DNA from: Hyphochytrium catenoides
Lineage: Eukaryota > Protista > Hyphochytriomycota
Direction of reading: 5' to 3'
Length of the DNA stretch: 64,000 bases
Assembly (NCBI GenBank): GCA_900088475.1
Contig: FLMG01002763.1
Coordinates: forward strand, 62,001 to 126,000
The notes beneath the pieces were generated by a model that saw only the letters and a list, made by a program, of their open reading frames with translations, ran no database searches and was not told the DNA's origin. Every line of letters starts with the position of its first letter. Position 1 is the first letter of the stretch. The translations under genes were made by a program, and so were the position numbers. Shown here piece after piece: positions 41,504 through 53,800 of this stretch.

Positions 41504-44500
41504 GACCTAGTGTCGAGGCGAGTTGAGCCCGCGCAAAAGAACCCAAGACTATGGCAATCCAAAGTGACGCAGGAGGGACAATTGGACGTGAAGTTGTTTC
41601 TCCAGAAACAGATCAGATAGTGCAATACCGCAATCTCCGTCCAATTAGAAGTTTTCTAAGCAGGATGGGAGCCCATTTGCCTTGACATATGAGAGAGGAC
41701 TTCTTCTGGGAGATCTGGAGCCAGCCGGAGAGAGATGGTCATAGGGGAGTAGGTACCAAGAGAGCAAGCGGAGATACGCATACAAACTTCTGACCTTCAG
41801 AACAAACACCGAGTCAGAGAGAGCCAGATGTTAGTCAGGGCCCGACAAGACCAGATGAGAAGCCGGTAGAGAGTCAAGGTGAAACCATGCGGAGGATGAA
41901 AGTGGTCGACGCCGGTGTACCGCCTGCAGGCTGCTGCGGCTGCTCTTGTTACTCCTCATGCTGCTCTTGCTGCTACTCCTTCTGCTCCGCCTCAGCTGTA
42001 CTCCCACTGCTGCTCCTTCTGCTGCCACAGCTCTGCTACTGCAGCAGGAGGGCGGGAGGACATGAACCGAAGAGAAAGTCACAAATCACCACCTGGGTTC
42101 CTGCGGCTTCTTATTGGCCCACCCACCCCCTAAGCATCTGGGGGAATACTAGGTTTGGAGCTAATTTTCTGGAAGCCTACCCACTTTGAAGAACGATGAG
42201 TTCAAGCTACATTATTACTTTATCCTCGAGATTATTATTGTTATTGCATCGCCAGCAGGCACGGACCAACGGATGCAGCAGAGCCTAACGCTAGCTGGTC
42301 AGAAGCACAGCCATCTTCGCCGCAAGAGCCAACCGAATAGACGCCGAGAGAAGATCTTAGCCTTGATGCTCAACGCATTCCCTTGGCGGCGCAGTCAGGA
42401 GGAACCTCTACTCAACCACCACCAGCGTGCTACTATACTCTCATAGTGACAGCCGAAAGAGACAATGATGGAAGCAACAATAGCGAAAAGGCGAGAAAGG
42501 ACCGGAGCTCGACGTCCAACAGGGTGAGAAGCAGTACTGGTCCAACATGGTTTGGATTATGATAGGGCGTCCAGATCTTTAGCTGGTATAACCTTCCACC
42601 TCCACCACCACCTTATTATACTATCTACCAGGTTGTTGGCTCAAACTGGCGGAACGATTGCTGCTAGAAGGAGGTATGCACAGAATGCCTACCATCTATC
42701 GTTTTTCTATGACACCACTAGGTTCTAGGAGCAACACACTCAGATCACAGCATTTAACCAACAAACATGTCGCTCTTCTTCTTCATGACCCGCGTTTCTT
42801 TCCCAGCTCCAAGTGACCCGCATTTAGTCCTCTTCCCAAGTGCCCTTGCGCCAGTCTATGACCCTCCTCCTTTCTGCTACCACCCTTGTAAGTTGTCTAA
42901 TTATTACAGAGCGCAGCAGCGTCGTTCAGGCCACAAGCACTACTAGTGAGCTTACACGTGGGCACTAGAACGAAGGGGCTGGGCTATGGAAGAAGAGAAA
43001 TTCCCGTGTTCCCATCCTGGTCAAAATCCATTTCAAAGTCTGACCTGACAATTCTTCCCATTGCTATCCGTTCTTGTCGCCTCCTTCGTTGGCAAAGCCT
43101 CAGACTCAATGATGGACCCTCCTACGTGGCACCGGAGCGGCCCCCATTGCTGCTGTTGCAGAAGAGTTCTAGAAAGGCCAATGCAGTACATACAAGCAAC
43201 ATATATAGGTCAAGCACCAGCCAACATGCGGCGTCGTTTCTCCTTGGTCTCGTGCACAACTGGGACCAGGAGACAGACTTTGTGCTGGCGCGCCCCTATA
43301 GCTCTGCTTCTGATCAATCTCTGCTCAGACCTGCAGACTGCGGGCCATCCCATGGTAGATAACTGCAGACGACGACAGGAACATGATCGACATGATGTCG
43401 ATCGAAGACTGGAGCAAAGTGATGTTGATGAGTTGAAGATTTGTATTGGAAGAAACTTTCATCGATGCGACACTTAAGGTCTTGACCTCAAATTCCAGTA
43501 TGAGTGATCTGGGGACTGTGATCTGGAAGATTTCATTATTTCTTCCGTTGAAAGTTTGGCGTTCCCTTCTATAACAAACCATGAAGCAATGTGGTCCCAT
43601 GTGAAGGGTGTCGTGGACCTTGTAGAGAGACTCCGATGGATTTTGCTGCTACACTACATTCATATTTCTCCCTTCGCCGCAGTTCTTCATATATATATCT
43701 CTTGCCACCTCTTCTCTGTCTCTTCGGCCTCCAATAAAGCTTCTGCGCTATCAATAATGGCTCAATCGTTCTCGCGGGTAATAAGGACTCTGTCTCGCTT
43801 CTCTGGGCGTATTGTGAGGTGATCGCGAGAACGGAAGCTGTGCATGAAGATCACGAAGATCATCACCGCTTCCTGCACGTCGCGCTTCTCCAGAGACAGA
43901 AAGGCGGAAGCTAGGTTAGCCTTCCAACTGCTTACGTCCGCTGAGAGTGATTACTACCGCCAGGAAAGGGAGATGCCCGAAAGCGTCGGCCCCTACGTGT
44001 CAAGCTCAGGCAGGTAACACTATTTCTCATTATGGTGGGACTCTTGAGGCTCTATCTTAGTGCTTGCAGAACTTACCTACGTACTATTAACATTTCCTAC
44101 TCGTTTCAGTGGGATCGATTCTGAGGGATCATCCTGTACATCTTCTGGGAGTCTGCGCTTGAGTTTTCCCCAGTCTCTCGTCCCTGATCTCCTTTCGCCC
44201 ATAGTCTCTGCATCTAAGGTCTGCGAACTGAATGATGTCAGCTGCAGTCAAGCGAATGAGGAAGCTAAGCAGCTTTGCTCACATTGCCCTCGTCTGCCCA
44301 CCTTATTGTCTACTATAGGAGAAGAATATAACCTATTAGGCATAGTATGCGACAAGGCGATGGGGAGAGTAATTTAGAGCCTGGTAGGTGAGGAGTGGGA
44401 GAGTAAAGGGTGAGAAGCGTGGGACAGGAGGACCCCTCACTCTGAGTGATAGCGACTGCTGCGTGCATTTGACAACCTCTCATACCTTGACGCTCGCACT

Positions 44501-44865
44501 ACGGTGACTGATTGATTTATGTCTCTAGTGTTCAGCACGTCGACTCCTCCTGTCACAACAAGATCGGAGGCGGGGCAAACTCAAGGAGAGCCTAGCGCCG
44601 CTCTCCCTCCTGAGCTGCTTAAGCTAGACAGCACCGTCCGTTCTACTTCTTCCGGTAAGGCTTCAGACGGTAACAGCGGTGGTGCTGCCCTCCTTTACCT
44701 CCTTTAGTGTGCCATCTTGAGTGCAATCTGTCTCTTGCTTCACACTTTCCTACTCATTAAGCCCTTCGCATATCCCTCTAGTCCTGACCTTACTGAGCCG
44801 CTTCATGGGGTTATGTGTTGAATACAGAGAGCTGGGAGCTTATATCGCAAAGTGAGGCAGGCAGT

Positions 44866-47800
44866 ATGGACAGCGCGATGGAGAGCAACGGTGAGGAGGC
44901 CAAGACAAGAGACGGTAAGACCAGTTATGGGGGAAAAGAGATGAATGAGGTCAGCAAGCCTGAGAATACGAGGGACCAGCGCTCTATATGGGGTTCGGCG
45001 CCGAAGCGTACGGAACCCCAGGGTATCAGTAGAGGGACATCTCCATCAAAAAGTAAAATCTACTTTTTGCTTTTTGTTGTGCAGAGTATCCGCCGTCGGA
45101 GTCCAAGACAGTAAACACAACCGACTTCCCTTCCTCTTCTCCGCCCAAGATTGACCTGAGCAGCCCGTCTCTTGCCATTAAAGAGACTAGAAGTAGAACA
45201 AGAAGAAGAACGAACTCTGCCCAGAAAAGGGTGGAAGAGAAGTTCAGGGGGCTCAAGGCCGAAGTACGGAGCGGAGAGCCTGATGTCACGTCCCTTTCCT
45301 CTACTGTCCCGCCTCTCTCCTCCTCTCCACTGTCCTCGTCTGCGGAGGATCTGGCCTTTAAGGGCCGTGATATTCTTGCCGCTGGTTTTAATTCCAGCCC
45401 TAAAGGACACATAGAAAAGCCAACAGCGGTTGAGGAGGACCTACCATTAAGTGATGGGTTCGGTGGCGTCGGAGAAAGTGAAAGAGAAGGAAGTTCTGGC
45501 CCTAATGAGCTCCCTGGGTCTCTATCTGTCTCACCCTCCTCTAAGAGGGATAGAGCAACCACTGAATCGCCATCCTCCGGTCACAATCTTTCCTCCGTTA
45601 ATGGGCACGGGGAAAGGGTCGCAAATGTTCCGTGCCAGCTACCTGGCTTGGGAGAAGCCAAGGGGTTAGAAGACAGACACGGTGAGAATATGGGAGATGT
45701 TCCGTATCAGCTACCTCGCTTGGAAGGGGCCAAGGGGTTAGAAGAACCCGTTTCTTCTCACGTCAAGCAAGACATGGTATTCTCTACAGAAGAGGCATCC
45801 ACTAGCTGGCCCGCCGACGCAAGCCATGCTTTCAGTTACCCTTTGTCTGAGCCAACTGAAGTGCCGCACTCCTCCGAGGTATCTCAACCCGGCACTCCGG
45901 CGGCGGAGGGATTGATCAAGCAGAGAGAAGAACCCAGCCTGTCTCCAGGCAAAGCAATTGTTGCTTGGCCGCCGGATGATACCGTGGCTCTCCGGCAAAA
46001 CTCATCTGACCGAGGACCAGAGGACTCGGTCGCGGCTCTGTCTAGTGCTGGTGACAGGAAGAGCTCGATTGGGGACGCATCCACACTGTTCTCAGGGTGC
46101 GAGGATCCTGTCCATTCGTCATCATTTCAAGCTGCATTAGCTCAAGTGGTAGCAGGAGAGAGCGACAATTTCTTCGCTTCTTACGGAGCAGGAGAGCGCT
46201 CATTTGACTCGCCTCTAGGCCCTGTTTCTTCTTTCAAGGAAGGAAAGAACGAAGCTGAAGCGGGAGCGATCACTTCTCTTACCGCTACGAGTGAGACACA
46301 GCCGACAGCTATGGAGAGCTTCGACGTGACAACAGGTAGCCAGGTTTCCTATAGAGGAGGGAGAGAAGAAGATAAAGTGGACCGTCTTCTCCCGTCGTCT
46401 TCCCCCTATACTGGGGGCATCGGAGTGAAGATGAGCGAACTATCAGAGCACTTTGGTATGACATCGACTTCCTCGTTGCATGTGACGGAAGATGGTGTGA
46501 CGATCGCGTCTTCCCCACAGGGCGCCGCATCTGCTGCTTCTGCCGTTAAAGGACCTCCATCTACCGCGTCTGCTTCTGTCAGCCCTTTATCATCTCAAAG
46601 TCTCTTTACTGCTCGTCCTTCGGACACCTTCTTTGCTATGGCACAAGACAGGGGAGGAGCTGAAGATGAGGTTGCTGCTCCACCGCCGAAATCGACTTTG
46701 TTCGCCACTGATTCTATTCCCAAACCCGATGATTCTCCTTTTGTCAACGCTGAAGGGACCTATGACCCCGTTAAGGTGGATTTTGATGCTCAAGGGACAG
46801 AGCCGGAGGCAGGAGAGAAAACGGGGAGGCATCTCACGGTGTCAGACCTGCGCTCTCCTATGACTGAGCATATTGGCCCTCGAGATACAAGCGCTTTTGA
46901 CCTACCACCTCTTACATCTCTCTCGTCCCTCCCGCTGACTCAACCCGAAATAACCAGCACAAGCGTCCCAGTGATAGAGACCTCTAAGTCCAGTATCTTA
47001 GAAGAAGATCCAGCAGAGAGGCAGAAAGTCGGTGAAGAAAGTGGACTGAATACTGATCCTCTTGAGGCTGCAACCCGTCCCAAGCGCTCCTCTGTGGGCG
47101 ACGCGTCCACGCTCTTCGGCGATTCCGAGGGACAGCAATCGGACTTTTTCGGCCCTGTGAGGACCAACAGCTACAATAGTCCGTTTTCTTCGACATTGCC
47201 ATCATCCTTCCCGTCTACAGAGGGAACTTCTGTCTCGTTTGGTAGCAGATTTGGTGACCAGGGTAGTCTTCCACAGGAAGACACGATGTTCGCTTTCTCT
47301 ACTGCATCTGAGGCATCCCCAGCATCTTCGACCGTCTTGTTCCCTGTCTCTGTATCTCCGAAACGTTTACAAGAGCAGGCAACATTCCCATCTTCAGCGA
47401 TCGACGTGTCTTATTCGCAAACAAAGAAGCCTAGCAGTCCAAGAAGCGCCAAAGTTTCGCCACGTAACTCAACACAACTCTCTCCGAGGAGAGATGCGTC
47501 TTCTCTTTTCGATTCTGGCCAAGAAGAGCAAAAGTTTGACAAGCCTTTGGAAGGTGGAGTCGCGTCCTTCCCTCCTCCTCCTGGCCCCGACTACTGGACA
47601 AAGCCTGAGAGTCCTCCAAGAGTTAGACATGATGGTGGCGAGAAGGCTGGCAGAGGTGATGGCCAAGGGATGGCAGGAAGGGATACAGAAGAGCGACGTG
47701 TGATTCCTCAGTCGCCGCCTCCGGTGGCTGCCTCCCTGTTCTCTCCCCTAAATAGTGCCGATCCTTTTTTGAGAGAGAGAGGGTTTTCAACCCCGAAAGC

Positions 47801-50800
47801 AGATGCGAGCTCACTTTTCGCCAGTTCGCCCAAAGGAGATGCTTCCTCCCTATTTGGTACACCACCTTCCTCCTCAGACCCGTTCTCTTCCTCAGCCACT
47901 CTGATGTCTGCAGCGTACTCACTGTCTGCAACAGAAACCAGTAATCCCTTCTCAGGACCCGTCCCCACCTCGGCTTATGACCCGTTCAGTGGTCGTAGTC
48001 CTGTTATAGACAATTCTTTTGGGCCGCGAACAACGGCTTCTGAAGCTGCTCTTTCTCTATCTAGCACTGGCTCTTCGACGATGCCAGGCTCAGGACAGCG
48101 ACCCCGCCTCTCCCCTCGCAAGATGGCTCCTCCCTCACCGGTTCTTATCCCTCCGAAAAGTATAGAGGGTGCTACTCTGAACATACAGACAGCTGAGGAC
48201 GCTCTCCAGAAAGCGGCACCTATGGCTCCCTTGCAGTCCTTCCCCGCCTCCGCCCCAGGTATATACGAGAAGATGGCTTATGAAGTATACAGTACTTCAG
48301 CCTAGCCTCAGATGCGTGCTCCCTTCGATCTTCTCCCTGTCGAACTCGGCCTGCTATTCTCTCATTCTCGTTCCGCTATAAACTCTTCAGCCTTTTCGTT
48401 TTGTCCCCGACTTGTCACTGACTTGTGGGCGTCAGGCTCCCGGACCACCTCTCCCTCTGGAAGGCCTAGAATGCACCCTCCTTCTTATTTTGGCTTCGAA
48501 TCATCAACGCGACGTCCCCCTGAAGCTCAACCAGGTGTGAATCCGGTGCCGCCCCCGTTCTTACGGGGCATCGCTTTAGTTTGTCGTTAGCACCTTCCGT
48601 GGTTTACAGAGTTGTCCGCTGCCTGTAACCACCCCTCTCTCCTTTGTATCGCTCCTCTAGGCGAGGTAGAAACATCTACATTGAAGCAGCGGCAAGAGCC
48701 ACCTCCGGCAATCTCGTTCAGTTCTTCGTCCTTGGGTGGACGCTCACCATCCTCACGCGCTGGTTCTCCCAAGGCAGCAAAGACCTCTCATCATTCTTCA
48801 GCAGGCAGAAGCTTAGCATTAGAAACTACCGACGTTAATAGAAGCGAAATGACAGGAGCAGGAGCGTCTTCGGAGCAGATCTATGCAGCCGAACTTTTTG
48901 GAGGACCCCCTCCAGAAGATCCATTTGCCTCGTCGTTTTATAATCCCCCTGTTCTCAGAGAAAGTATGGCGGAAGTCAAACAGGAGGAGCCGGTAGGTTT
49001 GCTTTATACATTGCTAGTCTTCTAGTTCCTATTGGACGTACAGTTGACAGGGTATGCGGTACCTCCGTCATCAAGTAACTCACTCTCCTTACTCCTATAG
49101 TTGTAGCCTCCTTGCTCCGACTTCCGCGGCCGTGCGCTTTCACTTCCAATAGTGTTACGTGTACTCTCACCCTGTATCGTTCTTCTCTAGTATTTCTCTA
49201 CACTTTGGGTTGTTGTTAGAGTTGTATACCCTTTCTGCGATGAGTTCATCCTTCCCCTCTTACCTAGTGGTCTCAGCATCAGCTATCCCTGTTCACCACC
49301 TGTCTTGCGATGCTGTCCCTTTTCCATAGCCCCCACCGCCTGTTACCGGGGATGTCTTTGGTGGTGAGACCAGAAACGACATGGCTGACATTTTCAGCTC
49401 TGAACCTACCAAAGGGATTGCTGGAGGGAAGTTCGGAGCCTTTGAAGTCCCTCCACCTCCTGCTGCGGAGCTGTTTGGAAAGACTTCTCCACGCACCACA
49501 TCCTCCATCTTTGGCGCCTCTTCATCCACATTCTCGTCACCTTTCCCCTCTTCTACCCCAACCCCATCTTCTTCTTGGCCACAAGCCAGGAATGAGAGCG
49601 AAAATCCTGCGTCGTCTATCTTCTCCCACCCTCCTGCTCATAGCACAGATTACGGTATGACCCAAGCAGCTAGTATTCCCGCGCACTCATCTTCCCGCTT
49701 CACCGGAGGAACGGGGGCCAACTCAAGCGGGATACCTGGTGGTCCTTCCTCTTACACGGGCCCTTCTCAGCAGTCGGGCTCTTTTTCTCGGAACGCCACA
49801 GCCCCTCCCTCCTCAAAATGGCCCCTGCCCCCTTCCGCTGCGCACCAAAAGCATCCAGCACCCACACAGGTAATTGGGCCCGATCACATACTACATAAGG
49901 TAGCTGATAACAGTATCTTCCTTCCTACTTTTTCCGTCTCTCATTGTCGACATGGTCTCCTACTCCTCTATTATGCAGCCGAGTTTTGCACCGGCGCCCT
50001 CCTTAGCAGCTCCTAGTTTTCCTGCCGCCCCAACAGACCCATATAGCTACCAGTCACCCTTAAGAACCGCGACAAGACAAGAACCATCAGCCTTCTTCTC
50101 TCCTACACCGGCCGCGGTACCTTCATCGGGTGAGCTTGAGAGTACTTTCGACTCTTTTGATGTAGCTGCTTCCTTTCTGTTTGCCCGCTCCCTATGTTAG
50201 CGAGATGAGCTGCTGTAGACATTTCTTGTGCTTGTCCTTGCATCAAATAGTACAACTAACCCAAAGCAAATAGGCCCTTCCTCTTTCTTCTCCCCTCAAG
50301 CTCCCCGGTATGGAGAAGCCCCATCTCCGTACCCGTCTACCTTCACACCCCAGCGCCCTCCAGCCGTCACCCAGTCATACGGAACCGTAACTCCCAATCC
50401 TCTGGATATGATCAAGAGGTCAATATTCAAAAATGTGGTTATTATCATCATGCATTTTCAAACCATGAGAAGCTTAGTCTTATCTTCCCCAAGATCTCTT
50501 GTCCCGTTGTTTACCTGCCGACCGTCTGCTATTCTTCCTAAGTCTTCATAGGCAGCGTATCTTCACCTTCACTAGCCAATGGTTGTCTATATGGTTATTC
50601 AGAAATTCTTAACCCCTTTGAGGCTTCTGTTAAGCGTTGCTTGGTGTTAAGCATCTTCTTTGATGTCCTAGATCTACTCTGTGATAGTGTATACTGTAGC
50701 ATTTTGATGTGGCTCCTCGCAAATCCGCTCACATTTCACTCAGGCAAGCTATGAAGCCGAAAGCTACCCTTGAACGACAGGCTAGTTCGGAGCCGTTTGG

Positions 50801-53800
50801 TTCTCATTCCGCCACTTCCACTTTCCGGGGCCCGAGACCACCAGCCTGGGGGTTGTCAAGCCCTACTCCTGTTGCAACTGGTGGAAGCGACTCTGCCAAT
50901 AGCAGGTACCAAATAAGAAGAGAAAGTGCTTCGCCAAGTTATGGCCGAAGTGTAATAGAAGGCGGAGCCGTGCTTGAGAAGAGAGCCAATAAGAAAGCTG
51001 AAAGGGGTCAAAATAGAGGGAAGGAAGCCATATTGGTTGCTATAAAGAGGAATCTGAGGGACAATAGATGAGGGAAAACGGGGTCAGACAGCGGGCAAGG
51101 GTGGAGCTGGGGGAGAAAGGAAGGGGAGAGAGATGAAACCTGACTGCGATGCCAGCGGGATGAATCACATTACACTTATATGTTAGGTACCGGGACCCTA
51201 CGCGGAAGCCTCCCAGCGCCATAGTCTCCTTTGGTTTTGGCGGTAACCTAGTAGTGATGCATCCTAAACAGAAGATAAAGTTTATCAATCTAGCAGGTAA
51301 GGCAAAGGACAATAGAATCCGGTGGGGCCGTCGCCAGTAGAGTTTGATTTGCATGTTGAGAGCGTCTATCCGCTATTCCCTTCTTTCGAGGTTCATGTCG
51401 CTCCTAAATTGTTAGTTGGAACAGCTTGCGCAGTTTATTTAACGAGCGATGTTCCTTTCTAGCTGGGGGACCCGAGCCTAGTGAGGTGCAGAAGGGACCT
51501 ATCCGTATCTATTCCCTCAAGGTTAGGTTATGCCATAGAGAGATTTTCAGCTTTTTGCTTTTGGTTGCGTTATTCCTTTCACACTTAATACCCTTGAGCT
51601 CGCGCTAGATTCCTTGAAGTATGCTCCGTATTACTCTCCCTTCCTCCTTAGCCCTACCTGGAACATTTACTTCCGCTGGTTGTATGAGCAGTAACATGAC
51701 TAAAATGACCTAACCCCTGCGTTGCTGCTGCCTGCTTCACTCTTTTACGTTAGGCTCTTCTCTCCTCCGCGCAAGAAGTTTCCCAGATCTTCCAGTTTCC
51801 TGGGCCGCTCGTGAGTGGAAGGAAGTTGAAGTCTGAGAACATCCTCTCCTACGTGGACCAAATGCTAGCTACCCTTAAGAGCTCGCCTGCAGCTTTCGAA
51901 GAAGACGAGTACCTCCTTTGGTCTGCCGTTAGATTGCTTATCAAGCACAACGGGTATTGTCCTAATCCTTCTCACACTCATGACGGTTGTCTCTCTGGTG
52001 GACTTGAATGGCTCTCCGTCTAGATGGCTGTCACCACATCGTAGAAAGCCATTCAAGTTTGGATTCTCATCTCTCTTTGCATTTCTTTCAGCGCGACGTT
52101 CCGCTATATGCTTGATATAGTTCTTGTCCTTGATTTGGCTGTTCTGAAGTTGCTATAGAGTAATTCTTTCTTCTATGTTTCCCTCCAGTTCTGAGTCTCC
52201 ATTGGCATAGTTCTTGTCCTTGATCTTGCTTTTATGAAGTTGCTCCATAGTAATTCTGTCTTCTATCCTTTGCTTCAATGTTCAGTCTCCACATCATAAA
52301 TCCGTCTCCCCTATGTGTGCGTCGTTACTTCTTACAGCTCTCTATCAAGCGAGAAAGGTCTTTTGGAGCCAAGTTCACCAGAGAACGCACTTCTCTCCCT
52401 CTTGAAAGATCAAAAGCAACGGAAGAGTCCTGCACCTGCCCTGCCTCCACCTAGGTTGCAACGTATGAAGACGGCAGAGGTGATATTCGTGATAACCAGC
52501 CGCGCATCCTTTAAAATCTCTGGCATTCTAGACCACACGGTCATGGCTCATGTTGGGCGACTCTCTTGTGGCATCTGCAGCCAATCTTCGCTTAAACTGG
52601 GTCAATGTTAGTTCTGATCAACTTGTATGGCAGGATTTGAGGCTCGCCTACGAGAACGTCAAGAAATGTCTGAGCGGAGGTGATAGGGAAGCTGCCGTGA
52701 CTGCCGCTTTACTAGGAGAACTTTGGGAGATGGCCTTTCTAATTGCCGCCACTATTAGTCAAGAGTCGTACCAGGTGATCTGCCCTGGTCTAGTACTATT
52801 ATGTTCTTTGATTTTTGTGTTTTTGTCACTTCGTTATGCAGCTGTCCTTCTAGTTCCCGCTTTATAGCTTACCTAAAATCTCTGAGGTTAACTTTTCATG
52901 TCTCGCCGAATCTCACTTACCTGCCAACTTCAACGGCAGCGCCAGCCTTTGTTATTGTGTTCGCTCTGGCATTCTCTTCGGCCTTCGATATCACGTTTTT
53001 ATCCCTACTTTTTCACTTTGTGCCATGATCCGTTCCTTCTCTGGAGCTTTCGCCCTGGCATATTCTTCAGCCGTTTATATCACCCCATTGACTCTACGTT
53101 ATTTGTGCCATGATTCGTTCCTTTCTCTAGAGGGTTGTTGGGCAGTATGTGAACTCCACCTTCCCTGTTGGTGATCCTTTGGCTACGGTCTTTGGCGTGT
53201 TTGCAGGACAGGTAACAGCTGGGATAGTATGTCATCTATGCGCTATGTTACTTTTGGGAATCAAGTCTCTAAGCGGAACTAAGCAGTTTCTATGAGCTTG
53301 CGTTTCAACATTTCTTCCACTCTTTACTTCATCCATTGGTCGTTGCCTTCTTGCCCGCCATGTCATCCCTCTGACGTCGGGGCTTGGCACGTCTTCCCTT
53401 CCTCCACGGCTTTGTAGGGCACTAAGGCCATTCACGAGCCCGCCAAGCTGAACCCTCTTGAGTCCTCACAGAAGCCTCTGAACATTTTGGACCACTGGCA
53501 GGAGAATGTGGGCATGCTCATTGCGAATTCGACAGGTGCCAGAGCTCAATGCTTGCTTTGGGTTCGTTCTTAACTTGGTTTTTTTATAAAAATAATAGCG
53601 ATAGCTGTGTAGTCACTGTTGCTTGGCCATTTATTGGTTGAACTAGCTAGCCCATGGTTGCCCTATTTCTTCCCCCACATTCTTAGCTTTCGTTCGTTAC
53701 GTCATTTAGTCTGACTTGGTGCGCAATGTCTCATCTCTCATCATCTTTGTCCATTCCTGTTTTACTCTTCTTTCCTTGTCCTCCCTCCAACCCCGTGTCG

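Noticed and set aside
41660-41715. DLPEEVLSHM F-box-like peptide on the minus strand upstream of the PX gene
   Set aside because: It stops after ~19 codons and could not be spliced in frame to the PX exon.
45053-45084. Apparent 32-nt intron in SEC16
   Set aside because: An upstream same-phase donor (CAG G|gtatca, ~45023) gives a more ordinary 62-nt intron.
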